Part shown: positions 18,920 through 28,978 of the stretch, in pieces | How the letters are laid out: each line of letters opens with the position of its first letter | Numbering within the stretch: the first letter of the stretch is position 1 | NCBI GenBank assembly: GCA_963841435.1 | Contig: CAWJCS010000004.1 | Span: forward strand, 32,001 to 96,000 | Length of the DNA stretch: 64,000 bases | Direction: 5' to 3' | From: an uncultured delta proteobacterium | Lineage (GTDB): Bacteria > Myxococcota_A > Polyangia > Polyangiales > Polyangiaceae | The notes under the pieces: generated by a model | Seen by the model: only the letters and a program-made list of their open reading frames with translations | Databases searched by the model: none | What the model was told of the DNA's origin: nothing | Position numbers and translations under genes: made by a program

Positions 18920-20071
18920 TCAGGGTGCCGGAGCGAACCGTTTCGGTCGGTTGACGTCGTCGATGTCGACGTAGATCGGGCAGTGGTCGCTCAGGCGCTC
19001 GACGTCGCGCTCGGGCGGGTGGCCACCCGAGCAGCCGAGCTCCGCGCAATAGCCGGACACGACGAGCTTGCGCCCCGAGGGTAGCTCGCCCAGATCGCTC
19101 GCGGCCGCCCAGTCGAGCAACGTGGTGCGTCCCTCGTAGAAGTGCGAGCAGGCGGGTGCCGCGTCGAGCCGGCGCAGGGCGGGGGAGCGAGCGGCCAGGG
19201 TCCGGTCTGCTTCGGCGAGCTCTTCGAGCGCCGACACGGACGGGGAGCAACGAGGGCACCCCATGCTGTTCATGTCGCCGATCACGAGCACGTCGTCGTC
19301 ACCGCCGAGCGCGCGCGCGGCCGACACGGCATCGGCGAAGGAATTTAGCGACTTTTCCCGGAGCGAAAGCGCGCGGCGGTCGGTGCCGCTCTTCAGGTGG
19401 ACGGCGATCACCGCAAGGTCGAGCCCACCCGGGAAGGCGAAGCGCGCCGCGAGGCCGGGGCGAAGCTGGTCCTTGCAGGGCTCACCGTGCGGGTTGAGCG
19501 CGCCGACGGTCGCGCTGCCTAGCAGCCGGGCGCGGCGCGCATCGAAGAGCAGCCCTACGTGCTGCTGGGACGCCCGAGGGCAGTCGTCGAGAACCACCTC
19601 GAAACGGCCGCCCGTGATGAGGTCGAGCTCCGCGCGCAGGGCGGAAAGCGCCTGGCTCGGGCGCGCTCCCGGCTTGATCTCCTCGATGGCGAGCACGTCG
19701 ACGCCGAGGAAGGCGACGGCGCAGGCGAGCCATTTCACGTCCGTGCCGGGACCCTTGGGTGACTTGCCGGGCCTGCCATCGGGAAACCAATGCAGGTTCC
19801 ACGCGCCGAGCCGTGCGACGCCGGCCGGCCGTCGCGCCCCAGCGTGGGCGAGGGCTGCCCGGCATGCGTCCGGGTCGTGAAAGGGCGACGCCGAAGGGAG
19901 CGGGGCGCCCTTTTTCGCCGATGTCGAAGGGCGCGCTGCGTGTTGGCCGGCGTCGCGCGAGCGGGGCCGGTGCTTTCCCGGCTCGGCATGGCTCGTCGTC
20001 CGGCGGGAGGCGCCGAACAGCGCCACGAGCACGATCCCGATGAGGACGACGAGCGCGCGCGTTCGCTTCAA
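18920..20071 (-). CDS. Exported endonuclease/exonuclease/phosphatase (EEP) family protein
   Basis: AWNLHWF, AIEEI, VHLKSG, IGDMN and SDHCPI motifs with an N-terminal membrane anchor. Confidence 0.9.
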   Translation of the reverse strand: MKRTRALVVLIGIVLVALFGASRRTTSHAEPGKHRPRSRDAGQHAARPSTSAKKGAPLPSASPFHDPDACRAALAHAGARRPAGVARLGAWNLHWFPDGRPGKSPKGPGTDVKWLACAVAFLGVDVLAIEEIKPGARPSQALSALRAELDLITGGRFEVVLDDCPRASQQHVGLLFDARRARLLGSATVGALNPHGEPCKDQLRPGLAARFAFPGGLDLAVIAVHLKSGTDRRALSLREKSLNSFADAVSAARALGGDDDVLVIGDMNSMGCPRCSPSVSALEELAEADRTLAARSPALRRLDAAPACSHFYEGRTTLLDWAAASDLGELPSGRKLVVSGYCAELGCSGGHPPERDVERLSDHCPIYVDIDDVNRPKRFAPAP

Positions 20072-21990
20072 TGCAACGCCGGGACTTCGATCTGCCTTTG
20101 CCGCTCGGCGCCCGGCCCGAGAAGCCTGACGAGGTCCGGCTTCTCGATGGTTTCACGGTCGAGCAGCTCGATGACGAGCCGGTCGAGCTCCGGGCGGCGT
20201 GATTGCAAGAGCTGGCCGGCCGCTTCGAGGGCCTCGGCGAGGAAGCGGCGCGCCTCACCCTCGATGAGGTGGACGGTCGCGTCGCTCGTCTGGCCTTCGG
20301 TGGCGAGCATCTGGCCGAGGAACGGGTGCTCGGTGCGATGCTCGTGGTAGACGGGGCCGACCTTCGGGCTCATCCCGTAGTGCGCGACCATCTTGAAGGC
20401 GATGTCCGTCGCGCGCTTGAGGTCGCTCTCGGCGCCCGATGACACGTTGCCGAGCACGGCGCGCTCCGCCGCATAGCCGCCCAGCAGCACGCGCAGCGTG
20501 TCACGGAGCTCGGGCTCGGTGAGGATGTGACGATCGGCTCCCGGCGCCTGCTGCGTGACCCCGAGCGCCATGCCGCGCGGGATGATGGTCACGCGGTGCA
20601 GCGGCTCCGCTGACTCCGAGAAGTGGGCGACCACGGCGTGCCCGGATTCGTGCACGGCAACACGCTTTCGTTCCAGCGGGTCGAGCTTGGTCTCGCGCGG
20701 ATCCCCGAGCACGATCTTGTCGTAAGCGTTCGTGAAATCGTTCATGCCCACGGCATCGGCGCCACGGCGCGTCGCGTTCAGGGCGGCCTCGTTGGCGAGG
20801 TTCGCGAGATCGGCGCCCGAGAAGCCGGGCGTGTTGCGCGCGATCTCGCCGAGGTCGACGTCGGGCACGAGTGGGATCTCGCGCGTGTGCACCTCGAGGA
20901 TCGCCTTTCTCGCGCCGACCTCGGGGCGATCGATGATCACGCGTCGATCGAAGCGTCCGGGCCGGAGGAGCGCGGGGTCGAGCACGTCGGGCCTGTTGGT
21001 GGCGGCGAGCACGATGGCGAGATCGTTGCGCGAAAAGCCGTCCATCTCCGAGAGCAGCTGGTTCAGCGTCTGCTCGCGCTCGTCGTGCCCGCCGCCGAGA
21101 CCGGAGCCGCGCGAGCGCCCCACGGCGTCGATCTCGTCGATGAACACGATCGCCGGAGCGACCTTCTTCGCTTCCTCGAACAGCTCTCGCACGCGCGATG
21201 CGCCGACGCCCACGAAAAGCTCGATGAACTCCGAGCCGTTGATCGAGAAAAACGGCACTCCCGCCTCGCCGGCCACCGCGCGGGCGAGCAGCGTCTTGCC
21301 GGTGCCGGGAGGGCCGACGAGCAGCACGCCGCGCGGCACCTTGCCGCCGAGGCGCCGAAAGCGTTCGGGCTCCTTCAAGAACTCGACGATCTCTTGCAGG
21401 TCCTGCTTGGCCGATTTGAGGCCGGCGACATCGTCGAACTTGGCCGAGACGTCCGTCTCCTTCTCGAAGCGGCGCGAGCGCGCCTTCAGCATCCCGAAGG
21501 GGCCGCCGCTGCCCATCATGCTCTGCGTGCGACGCGACAGGAACGTCCACACCCCGAGAATCAAGAGAAGCGGCAAAATCGAAACCAGAACCTGGAGCGC
21601 GAACGGCTGTTCCTCGCTCTTGAACTCGACCTTCACCTGCTTGTCGCGAAGCAGCGGCAACAGATCCCGATCTTCCTGGGAGGGGAGCAGCGTGCGAAAG
21701 GTCTGGCTCGTCGCGCCCTCGAGCTCGGTCGGCTTTTTGAGCTTGCCGAACAGGGTCTGCCCCTTGATGCTGACGCTCTCCACTTGGCCGTCGGAAGCGG
21801 CCTTGTAGAACGCCGTGTAGGGGATGAGCGGGCGACCGTCGTCGTGGCCCAGCATCTGGCTGACCCCCCACGAAATCGTCAGGGCGAGCGCTAGGAAGGC
21901 CCAGTTTCGCCAAGCGGACCCAGCGGGCGGGGGCGGTCCCGGTGCGCGCGACGGACGCGGTGGTGGCTCTCGGGTGCCGGGTGCCGACAT
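20068..21990 (-). CDS. ftsH: ATP-dependent zinc metalloprotease FtsH
   Basis: Two TM segments, [29 protein letters not shown] and the HESGH zinc motif. Confidence 0.97.
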   Translation of the reverse strand: MSAPGTREPPPRPSRAPGPPPPAGSAWRNWAFLALALTISWGVSQMLGHDDGRPLIPYTAFYKAASDGQVESVSIKGQTLFGKLKKPTELEGATSQTFRTLLPSQEDRDLLPLLRDKQVKVEFKSEEQPFALQVLVSILPLLLILGVWTFLSRRTQSMMGSGGPFGMLKARSRRFEKETDVSAKFDDVAGLKSAKQDLQEIVEFLKEPERFRRLGGKVPRGVLLVGPPGTGKTLLARAVAGEAGVPFFSINGSEFIELFVGVGASRVRELFEEAKKVAPAIVFIDEIDAVGRSRGSGLGGGHDEREQTLNQLLSEMDGFSRNDLAIVLAATNRPDVLDPALLRPGRFDRRVIIDRPEVGARKAILEVHTREIPLVPDVDLGEIARNTPGFSGADLANLANEAALNATRRGADAVGMNDFTNAYDKIVLGDPRETKLDPLERKRVAVHESGHAVVAHFSESAEPLHRVTIIPRGMALGVTQQAPGADRHILTEPELRDTLRVLLGGYAAERAVLGNVSSGAESDLKRATDIAFKMVAHYGMSPKVGPVYHEHRTEHPFLGQMLATEGQTSDATVHLIEGEARRFLAEALEAAGQLLQSRRPELDRLVIELLDRETIEKPDLVRLLGPGAERQRQIEVPALH

Positions 21991-22099
21991 TCCGGCAACC
22001 TAACGACGACCAAGGGCTTTGTCGATGGCTCGCGCGCGGCGAGCGGATCGCAGCAGCGGCCCGGCGGACGGTATCTGGGCGCCCGGGCGCGGCGGGGGT

Positions 22100-23428
22100 T
22101 CAGGCGAGCGTGGAAAGCGGGCCCGTGCAGTAGTCCGGCAGGCCGAACGTCGTGGTGTCGACGCCCATCGCGTTGAGGATCGTCACGAGCAAGTCCGTGT
22201 GCGAAGCGCCCGCGGCGTCGAGGTAGCGGCCCGTTTCGAAGTGCCAGCCGCCGCCCATCAGCAAAAACGGCATGTTGGTGTGCGAGTGCACGTTGCCCTC
22301 GGAAACCTCCGAGCACCAGACCAAGAGCGTGTTGTCGGCGGCCGTGCCGTCACCTTCCGGGATGGTGGCGAGTCGATCGTAGAGCCGCGCGATGAGGCCG
22401 CTGTGCCAATTCGCGCGCGCGACGAGCTGTGCGTGCGCGTCCGGATCTTCGGGTGGCATGTGCGACAGCGGATGTCCTTCCCCCAGGCTGTCGAGCCACG
22501 GATAGCGGATGCGATTGAGACCCGTCGAAATTTCGAAACTCGCGACGCGAGACAAGTCACACGCGAAGGCGATCGCGAGCAGGTCGATCTCGAGCGCGGC
22601 GATGGTCGGCATGTCAACCTCGCTCGTCGGGTCGAGCTTGGCCGGCGCGTCGGGCTTGGCGCATTCGACGGCCGCTCCCGAGAGGCGGCGCTCGACGTCA
22701 CGGATGAGCTCGAGGTGCGCGTCGAGGCGTTGCTTGTCCTCGCTCGATACCTTGGTTCCCAAGATCGCGATCTGTTCCTGCACGGAGTCGAGCACGCTCT
22801 TTCTTTCCGCGATCATCGGGTCAACGGGCGGAGCGTTGGGATCATCGGGAACCACGAGATCCTTGAAGATGCGGTTGTAGACATCGAGTGGCTCGAGCAT
22901 GGGCGGCAGCGGCTGGCCCGGCCCCGCGTAGGCGATGCGACCCTGTACGTCGTTTTCCGTGGCGCGCACGCCGAGCTCGAGACTCTTGAACGGCGTGTCG
23001 AGCTGGAGGTTCGCGACGACCTGGTCGATGCTGATGCCATCGGCCCAGCCGGCCTGCGAGCCGCAGCCGTCGACGAACTCGCCGTCTTGGAGCTGCTGGC
23101 CCGTGAAGAGCGTGCCGATGCCGCGCTGGTGCGGCCCACCGGGTCCACCGCTCGCGGTCTTCAGGTCCACGTTCTTCAGTAACGTCAGGCGGTCGCGGTG
23201 AAGCTCGAGCGGGGTGTGGATTTCGTTCAGCACGAAATCCTTCTCGCCGCCCCCCGTGGGCCACCACCCCGAGTGGATCTGCCCGTTCGGCGTGTACATG
23301 GTGACGAGCCGCTTCGGTGCCGCTGCCTGTTGGCCGCGCGCGCTGAGCGACGGCAGGAGCGGGACTGCGACGGCGAGGCCCGATGCGGCCCGCAGAAAGT
23401 GGCGACGGCCGAGGCGCCGACCCTTCAT
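22100..23428 (-). CDS. DUF1552 family protein with Tat-like signal
   Basis: GRRHFLR...PLLPSL, SIDQVVA, LDAHLELIRDVERRL, AFACDLSRV and HSHTNMPFLLMGG segments. Confidence 0.88.
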   Translation of the reverse strand: MKGRRLGRRHFLRAASGLAVAVPLLPSLSARGQQAAAPKRLVTMYTPNGQIHSGWWPTGGGEKDFVLNEIHTPLELHRDRLTLLKNVDLKTASGGPGGPHQRGIGTLFTGQQLQDGEFVDGCGSQAGWADGISIDQVVANLQLDTPFKSLELGVRATENDVQGRIAYAGPGQPLPPMLEPLDVYNRIFKDLVVPDDPNAPPVDPMIAERKSVLDSVQEQIAILGTKVSSEDKQRLDAHLELIRDVERRLSGAAVECAKPDAPAKLDPTSEVDMPTIAALEIDLLAIAFACDLSRVASFEISTGLNRIRYPWLDSLGEGHPLSHMPPEDPDAHAQLVARANWHSGLIARLYDRLATIPEGDGTAADNTLLVWCSEVSEGNVHSHTNMPFLLMGGGWHFETGRYLDAAGASHTDLLVTILNAMGVDTTTFGLPDYCTGPLSTLA

Positions 23429-25170
23429 GGCGCCCCCATGGCGGGCCGATAGCGGAACGCGTCGGAGAGCACGATGCCGACCAAGAGCTCGCGGAACTTT
23501 CCGTTGCTCTCCTTGAAACGCTCCTTTACGTCGTCGAGGCTGCAGGTGTCCGCTTGGTCCTCGACTCGGCCCATCGCGTAGCGATACCACTGCGTGGCCA
23601 GGCAGTCTCGCACCCGACCCGAGGCGGCGAGGCGCATCGCGAGATCCGAGGCACCGGCGATGGGTCCGTCGAGCTCGGGGTCGTTCGTGTCGATGACCTC
23701 GCCGGAGGTGTCGATGGTGAGCCCATTTTCCGTGGCGCGGTAGCGGCCGAGCTGATCGTACGCCTCGAATCCGAACCCGATGCCGTCGATGAGCTCGTGG
23801 CACCCCGCGCAACTGGGGTCGGCCGTGTGCTGACGGAAGCGCTCGCGCGTCGTCGCCGTGGGATCGACGGCCGGCGGGTTGGCGTTCACGTTGGGGGGCG
23901 GCGGCTCCACCTCGACGCACATGATGTGCTCCCTCACGAATGCCCCGCGCAAAACGGGTGCCGACTGATCGGCGTGGGCGAGCACGGCCATGAGAGCGGG
24001 CTGCGTGAGAATGCCCGTGCGCTCGCCCGGTTGGGATACGGCGACGACGCCCGACGCGGGCGCTGGGGAGACGCCGTAGAGCGGGGCGAGCGCGGGCGTC
24101 ACGTAGATGGTCGGGGACGTGAAGAGCGCCGCGACGTCGCCCTGAGCCCAGATCGCGTCGTCGAGAAAGGCGGACAGCGACGTCTTCCAGTCGCCGACGA
24201 AGTCGGTGGGGCCGGCGTTCACGTCGGGCGCCTGGCGGGCGGCGCCGTCGAGGCGGCCGATGCCGAGCCACTGCTGCATGAAGTCGGAGGCCATCGCGTG
24301 CGCGCGCGGGCTCGCGAGCAAGCGCGTGACCTGGGCCTCGAGCTCGGCGTCGGTCGAGAGCGTACCCGCATCGGCAGCCGCGAGCAGCTCCGCGTCGGGC
24401 GTCGAGTTCGTGAGGAAGAACGCGAGGCGCGCCCCGAGCTCGTGCGGGGCGAGCATCACGGCGCCGGTTTCTGCCGTCGGCGCGCGGTACGCGTCGACGC
24501 GGTAGAGGAACTGAGGCGACTGCAAAATCGCCCGCAGCGTGAGCTCGACGGCCTTGGCGTAGCCCTGGGGCAGCGTCGCAATGAACAGCCGGTCGAAGAC
24601 GCCGATCTCGTCCGTGTCGAGCGGCCGCCGGAAGGCGCGTTCGCCGAAGGACGCGACGAAGTCGTGTCCGCAGGCTTCGCTGCCGGCGGTGTCCGCGCAA
24701 GGGGCGAGCCCCGCGAGATCGTTCGTCACGGCCGTCAGGGCGAGGGTCTCGGCGGCTGCCTGGTAGGCCTCGACGAGGCGCGGGTTCACCTTGTTCGCGG
24801 CGACGTTGTTGCGAAACCCCGCGACCTCGTTTTCGGCCGGGAACGCCGACGACGGGGCCGAGGTATCGCCCAGCAGATCGGCCACGGCATTGTCGTACTG
24901 CACGTGCGTGAGGAGCCGGATCGGCGCGGCCCCCGGCGCCGTGTCGCCACAGCTCACGACCGGCGCTCCCGCGCTGCCGCCGGCTCCGCCGCCGGCTGCT
25001 CCCGCGCCGCCCGCCCCGGCGCCACCCGCCCCGGCGCCGCCCGGTGGCATCACGGCTCCCGCGCTACCGCCTTGACCCGCGACCGCGGGGCTCGGTGGCG
25101 CGGGACTCGGCGTCGCACAGGACAGGGCCCCGAGCGCGAGGGTCCCAACGAGACGGTGGCTGACACGCAT
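23425..25170 (-). CDS. DUF1587/1595/1592/1588/1585 multidomain lipoprotein
   Basis: Lipobox ALSC, RLLTHVQYDNAVADLLG, RAFRRPL, LQSPQFLYRV, PVLRGAFV, CAGCH heme-type motif and GFEAYDQLGRYR. Confidence 0.88.
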   Translation of the reverse strand: MRVSHRLVGTLALGALSCATPSPAPPSPAVAGQGGSAGAVMPPGGAGAGGAGAGGAGAAGGGAGGSAGAPVVSCGDTAPGAAPIRLLTHVQYDNAVADLLGDTSAPSSAFPAENEVAGFRNNVAANKVNPRLVEAYQAAAETLALTAVTNDLAGLAPCADTAGSEACGHDFVASFGERAFRRPLDTDEIGVFDRLFIATLPQGYAKAVELTLRAILQSPQFLYRVDAYRAPTAETGAVMLAPHELGARLAFFLTNSTPDAELLAAADAGTLSTDAELEAQVTRLLASPRAHAMASDFMQQWLGIGRLDGAARQAPDVNAGPTDFVGDWKTSLSAFLDDAIWAQGDVAALFTSPTIYVTPALAPLYGVSPAPASGVVAVSQPGERTGILTQPALMAVLAHADQSAPVLRGAFVREHIMCVEVEPPPPNVNANPPAVDPTATTRERFRQHTADPSCAGCHELIDGIGFGFEAYDQLGRYRATENGLTIDTSGEVIDTNDPELDGPIAGASDLAMRLAASGRVRDCLATQWYRYAMGRVEDQADTCSLDDVKERFKESNGKFRELLVGIVLSDAFRYRPAMGAP

Positions 25171-25417
25171 GGCGGCTCGGAGGGCGAGAAGCCCTCTCAG
25201 CGTGCCCCGGGCTCGGGGGGCCGTCAAACCCCTCGGTCCTTCCGCGCGGTGCACCGTTCCGAACGCCTGCCCCGCGACGTTCGCCTGCTGCCCGACGCCA
25301 TGCCTTTCAGTGGGGCGACTCGCTGCGAGCGGCTCACAGCAACGGTGTGACTTTCGCCGCGCGGACGAACGGCGACAGGCACGGTCGTGGTAGGCTTCGG
25401 CGCGGAGGCAATCCATC

Positions 25418-25645
25418 ATGCACCGCACCGTCACCTTCCTGCTCGTCGGCCTGGTCTCGGGTTTTGCCCTCACCGGGTGTCCCGACAAGAAGGCCGAGAA
25501 GGAGCCGCCGGCGGTCGAGGACGATCCCGCGACGGCCGAGGACCAGGGGGCCGATGACGATCAAGCGGACGAGGAAGCGGCCGATCAAAAGAAGCCGGAC
25601 CCGAAGAAAGCAGACAGCGACGACAAGGACGAGGGCGGCTGGTAG
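25418..25645 (+). CDS. Small acidic lipoprotein
   Basis: GGAGG SD, lipobox LTGC and a D/E/K-rich disordered mature part ending GGW. Confidence 0.75.
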   Translation: MHRTVTFLLVGLVSGFALTGCPDKKAEKEPPAVEDDPATAEDQGADDDQADEEAADQKKPDPKKADSDDKDEGGW

Positions 25646-25714
25646 GCGGCCGCGCGCGCGCGGCGGGAGCGGAACCGGGGAGCGCCGGGCGGGGCATGCT
25701 ATAGACGCGGCCCC

Positions 25715-27353
25715 GTGAGCGACGCGACCGTGATGGACAAGAATCGTCTCCCTCTGCAAAAGGAGGGGTTTCGTCTATCCAGCGAGCGAGATCTACGGCG
25801 GCATCAACGGCTTCTGGGACTACGGGCCGCTCGGTGTCCTGCTGAAGAACAACATTCGCGATTCGTGGTGGCGGGCAATGGTCAAGTGTCCACCACTCGG
25901 CCCGGACGGGCACCCCGTGGACGTGGTGGGTCTCGACTCGTCGATCATCCAGCACCCCAAGACCTGGGTCGCGAGCGGGCATGTCGGTGGGTTCAGCGAC
26001 CCGATGAGCACCTGCCGGCAGTGCAAGCGCCTGTTCCGGTCGGACCACGTGCGCGACATGTTGCGCGAGGCCGAATGGGTCAAATCGTTCTCGGAGGCTC
26101 TCGGCGGTGACGCCGAGAGCGCGCCTTTCGACGCGGGGCAAGCGAGGCAGTGGGCCGAGCGCAAGGGCAAGAAGCTCGCGCCCGGGCTCGCGCTCGTGCG
26201 TCAGACGGCGCCCACGCTCGAGCACCTCTCGCGGGATCTCGCTGCCGGGTCGGTCGTGAAGCTCGAGCGGCTGCTCGCCCTCGCGGCGAGCCCGACGCCC
26301 GGCGCCACGGAGGTGCCCTGCCCGGCGTGCGGCGGTGATCTCACGGAGCCGAGGCAGTTCAACCTGATGTTCGAGTCCCACGCGGGCGCCGTGAAGGACG
26401 AGGCGAACAAGGTCTATCTGCGCCCCGAAACCGCCCAGGGCATCTTCCTCAACTACAAGAACGTCCTCGACACCTCGCGCGTGAAGATCCCGTTCGGCGT
26501 CGCGCAGATCGGCAAGAGCTTCCGCAACGAGGTGACGCCGCGCAATTTCGTGTTCCGATCGCGCGAGTTCGAGCAGATGGAGATGGAGTGGTTCTGCCAC
26601 CCCGACGAAGCCAAGGATTGGTACGAGTTCTGGAAGGCCGAGCGAATGCGTTGGTGGCGCTCGCTCGGCGTGTCCGAGCAAAACCTGCGCTTCCGCGATC
26701 ACGAAGAGGACGAGCTCTCGCACTACTCGAAGATGACGGTCGATATCGAATACCGTTATCCGTTCACGGCTCCGGAATACGGTGAGCTCGAAGGTATCGC
26801 GCATCGCGGCAGCTTCGACCTCACGCAGCATCAGTCGCACTCCGGGCAGAAGCTCGAGTACTTCGACCAAGAGCTGCAGCTCAGGCTCAAGGCCGAGGGC
26901 CGGCCGGAGGAAGAGATCAAGGCGCGTAGCCGCTACCTGCCGAACGTCATCGAGCCGGCTTCGGGGCTCACGCGCGCGCTACTCGTGCTTCTGTGCGAGG
27001 GATACGCCGAGGACGCGTCGCGAGCGAGCCCCGTGTACCTGCGCTTCGACCCCAAGATGGCGCCGATCAAGTGCGGCATCTTTCCGCTCGTCAACAAGGA
27101 CGGCCTGCCCGAGATCGCGGAGAAGCTCTACCTCGAGCTGCGCGGGCGCTTCGCATGCGAGTACGACGCCAAACAGTCGATCGGCAAGCGCTACGCTCGC
27201 ATGGACGAGATCGGGACACCGTTCTGCGTCACCATTGACGGGCAAACGCGCGAGGACGGCAGCGTCACGCTGCGGCACCGTGACACGGCCGCCCAGGAGC
27301 GCGTCGCCATCGACCGCATCCCCGCGCTGCTCGCCGACAAGCTCCTCGACTAA
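25715..27353 (+). CDS. glyQS: Glycine--tRNA ligase, homodimeric type (frameshift near N-terminus)
   Basis: Removing one A at ~25742 gives [23 protein letters not shown]...DYGPLG. Downstream motifs include LRPETAQGIF, GKSFRNE, FRSREFEQME and IGKRYARMDEIGTPFC. Confidence 0.95.
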
Positions 27354-27412
27354 GTCCAGCACTCACGCCGGACCAGAGCTGCTCCGGCCAAAAGCTGCGG
27401 AGTCATGGCCCG

Positions 27413-28627
27413 TCAGGCGAAGCGCCGCGTGAGCGGTGCGGCGCCGAGCGCGACCGCGAGGCTCGTCGCGAGGAAGGCGACCTCGTAGCCCACGGCGCCC
27501 ACGAGCCAGCCGCCGACCCACACCGTGACGAAGGCGCCGGAGCAGAACAGCGCGTAGAGGCGCGCGAGCGCCGAAGGCGCGCGTGCGCGTGCCGAGCGTT
27601 CGACCGCCAGTGCGGACAGCGCCGGCCAGACGAGGCCGTGCGCCACGCCGAAGCCGAGCCCCAGGACGAACATCCCACCGGGCCTGAGCGCGGCGGCGCC
27701 GGCCGTGACGAACGCGTAGAGCATCAACGCGACCAGCGCGGACTGTTGCCTCCCGAAGCGATCGACCAGGCCACCGAGTCCCACGCGCACGATCAGCACG
27801 GTCACCGTGTACCCGACGAACAGCGCCGCGACGTTCTGGCCGCCGAGCGACAAGGCGTACGGCTGCGTGAACGTCGAGATCATCCCGAAGCCGACGCCGG
27901 CGGCGAAGGCGCCCGCGCCGATGGCGCGCCAACCCGAAGCATCCGCTGATTTGCGTTCGACGGGGCCGGCGAGCGAGCTTGAGGGGCTGGGCGCGCTCGA
28001 CCGTGCGTTCGGTAGCGCGAGCGCGACGGCGACCCCCGCGAGCGCAATGGAGCCTGCGACCTGGAACGCCACGCGCCAGCCCCAGCTTCCGGCGAGGTAC
28101 TCCGTCGCCGCGGGGCCCGCGGCGTTCATCACGAGCGAGGCCGAGCTCGCCGTGCCGAAGGCGCGACCGTGCCGCTCCGCGGGTGCGAACAGCGTGACGA
28201 ACGCTCCCGTGCTGCCCATGATCGCGGCGCTCGCCACGCCGTGCAGCGCGCGCAGTCCGTAGATGAACGGCCCCATCTCCGTCGTCCGCGCGAAGAGCAG
28301 CGTTGCGACGGCGAGCAGCCCCGTGCCGGCTATCATGACGAAGCGCGCGCCACCTCGATCGAGCGCTCGCCCGACGACGGGAGTCGCCGCCACGACGGCG
28401 ATGCCCGTGCACGCAGCGAGGGCGCCGATCTCGCGCGGCGTCGCGTGCAAGCTCGTGACCGCGTACTTGGGCGCCACGAGTAGCGCCGAGAAGGCGTAGC
28501 CGAAGGTCGATTGGACCAAAAGCAGCCGACGAAAGCGCGGATCGGCCCACTCGGTGCGGGCGCGTCCGAAGCTCGCGCTCGCGTCGGCCGCGGACGAAAA
28601 GGGGCTCGAAGGGGTGGGGGCGTTCAT
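27413..28627 (-). CDS. MFS transporter
   Basis: About 12 TM helices with motif A-like GRALDRGG and GGLVDRFGR. Confidence 0.92.
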   Translation of the reverse strand: MNAPTPSSPFSSAADASASFGRARTEWADPRFRRLLLVQSTFGYAFSALLVAPKYAVTSLHATPREIGALAACTGIAVVAATPVVGRALDRGGARFVMIAGTGLLAVATLLFARTTEMGPFIYGLRALHGVASAAIMGSTGAFVTLFAPAERHGRAFGTASSASLVMNAAGPAATEYLAGSWGWRVAFQVAGSIALAGVAVALALPNARSSAPSPSSSLAGPVERKSADASGWRAIGAGAFAAGVGFGMISTFTQPYALSLGGQNVAALFVGYTVTVLIVRVGLGGLVDRFGRQQSALVALMLYAFVTAGAAALRPGGMFVLGLGFGVAHGLVWPALSALAVERSARARAPSALARLYALFCSGAFVTVWVGGWLVGAVGYEVAFLATSLAVALGAAPLTRRFA

Positions 28628-28813
28628 CTGGCTCCGGGAAGCCAGGTGATCGGAGGGGTTCAGGATCCAGCGACGCTGCCCTTCCGACCGCCTGGCGGGG
28701 AGGGCTGCGTCTCGTCTATCGGATCAGCGTGACGTCGAGCCCATGCCCACCGGTCGGACCGGAATCCAAAGCTTGTGGGCGCAGGTGCTCGTCGACACGG
28801 AAAACCTGTGGGG

Positions 28814-28842
28814 GCTATAGCGCCCACCTGATGAGTCGTCAA
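28814..28842 (-). promoter_or_regulatory. Putative sigma70-like promoter upstream of the MFS gene
   Basis: Minus strand TTGACG (28842-28837), 17 bp spacer, TATAGC (28819-28814). Confidence 0.55.
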
Positions 28843-28978
28843 CGCCCGCCATGGAGCTCGGACGAGGCAAATCCTTTGCGGGTGCGTTTTTCGGGCGTGC
28901 CCGTCGTCTCTCGCCATGCCGCTGAAGCTCGCGGGACTGAGCCATTTATCCTAGTCTCCGCTACCGAACGTGTTTGCC

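Noticed and set aside
25735-25760. Programmed frameshift or pseudogene in glyQS
   Set aside because: The gene is essential, there is no slippery site at the break, and similar one-base indels occur throughout the window.
28670-28700. SRP (4.5S) RNA suggested by CAGG...GGAAGGGCAGC on the minus strand
   Set aside because: Spacing and pairing do not reproduce the SRP domain IV loop.
28828-28872. Hammerhead ribozyme suggested by CTGATGAG
   Set aside because: There is no correctly placed GAAA after stem II, and the sequence coincides with the promoter spacer on the other strand.
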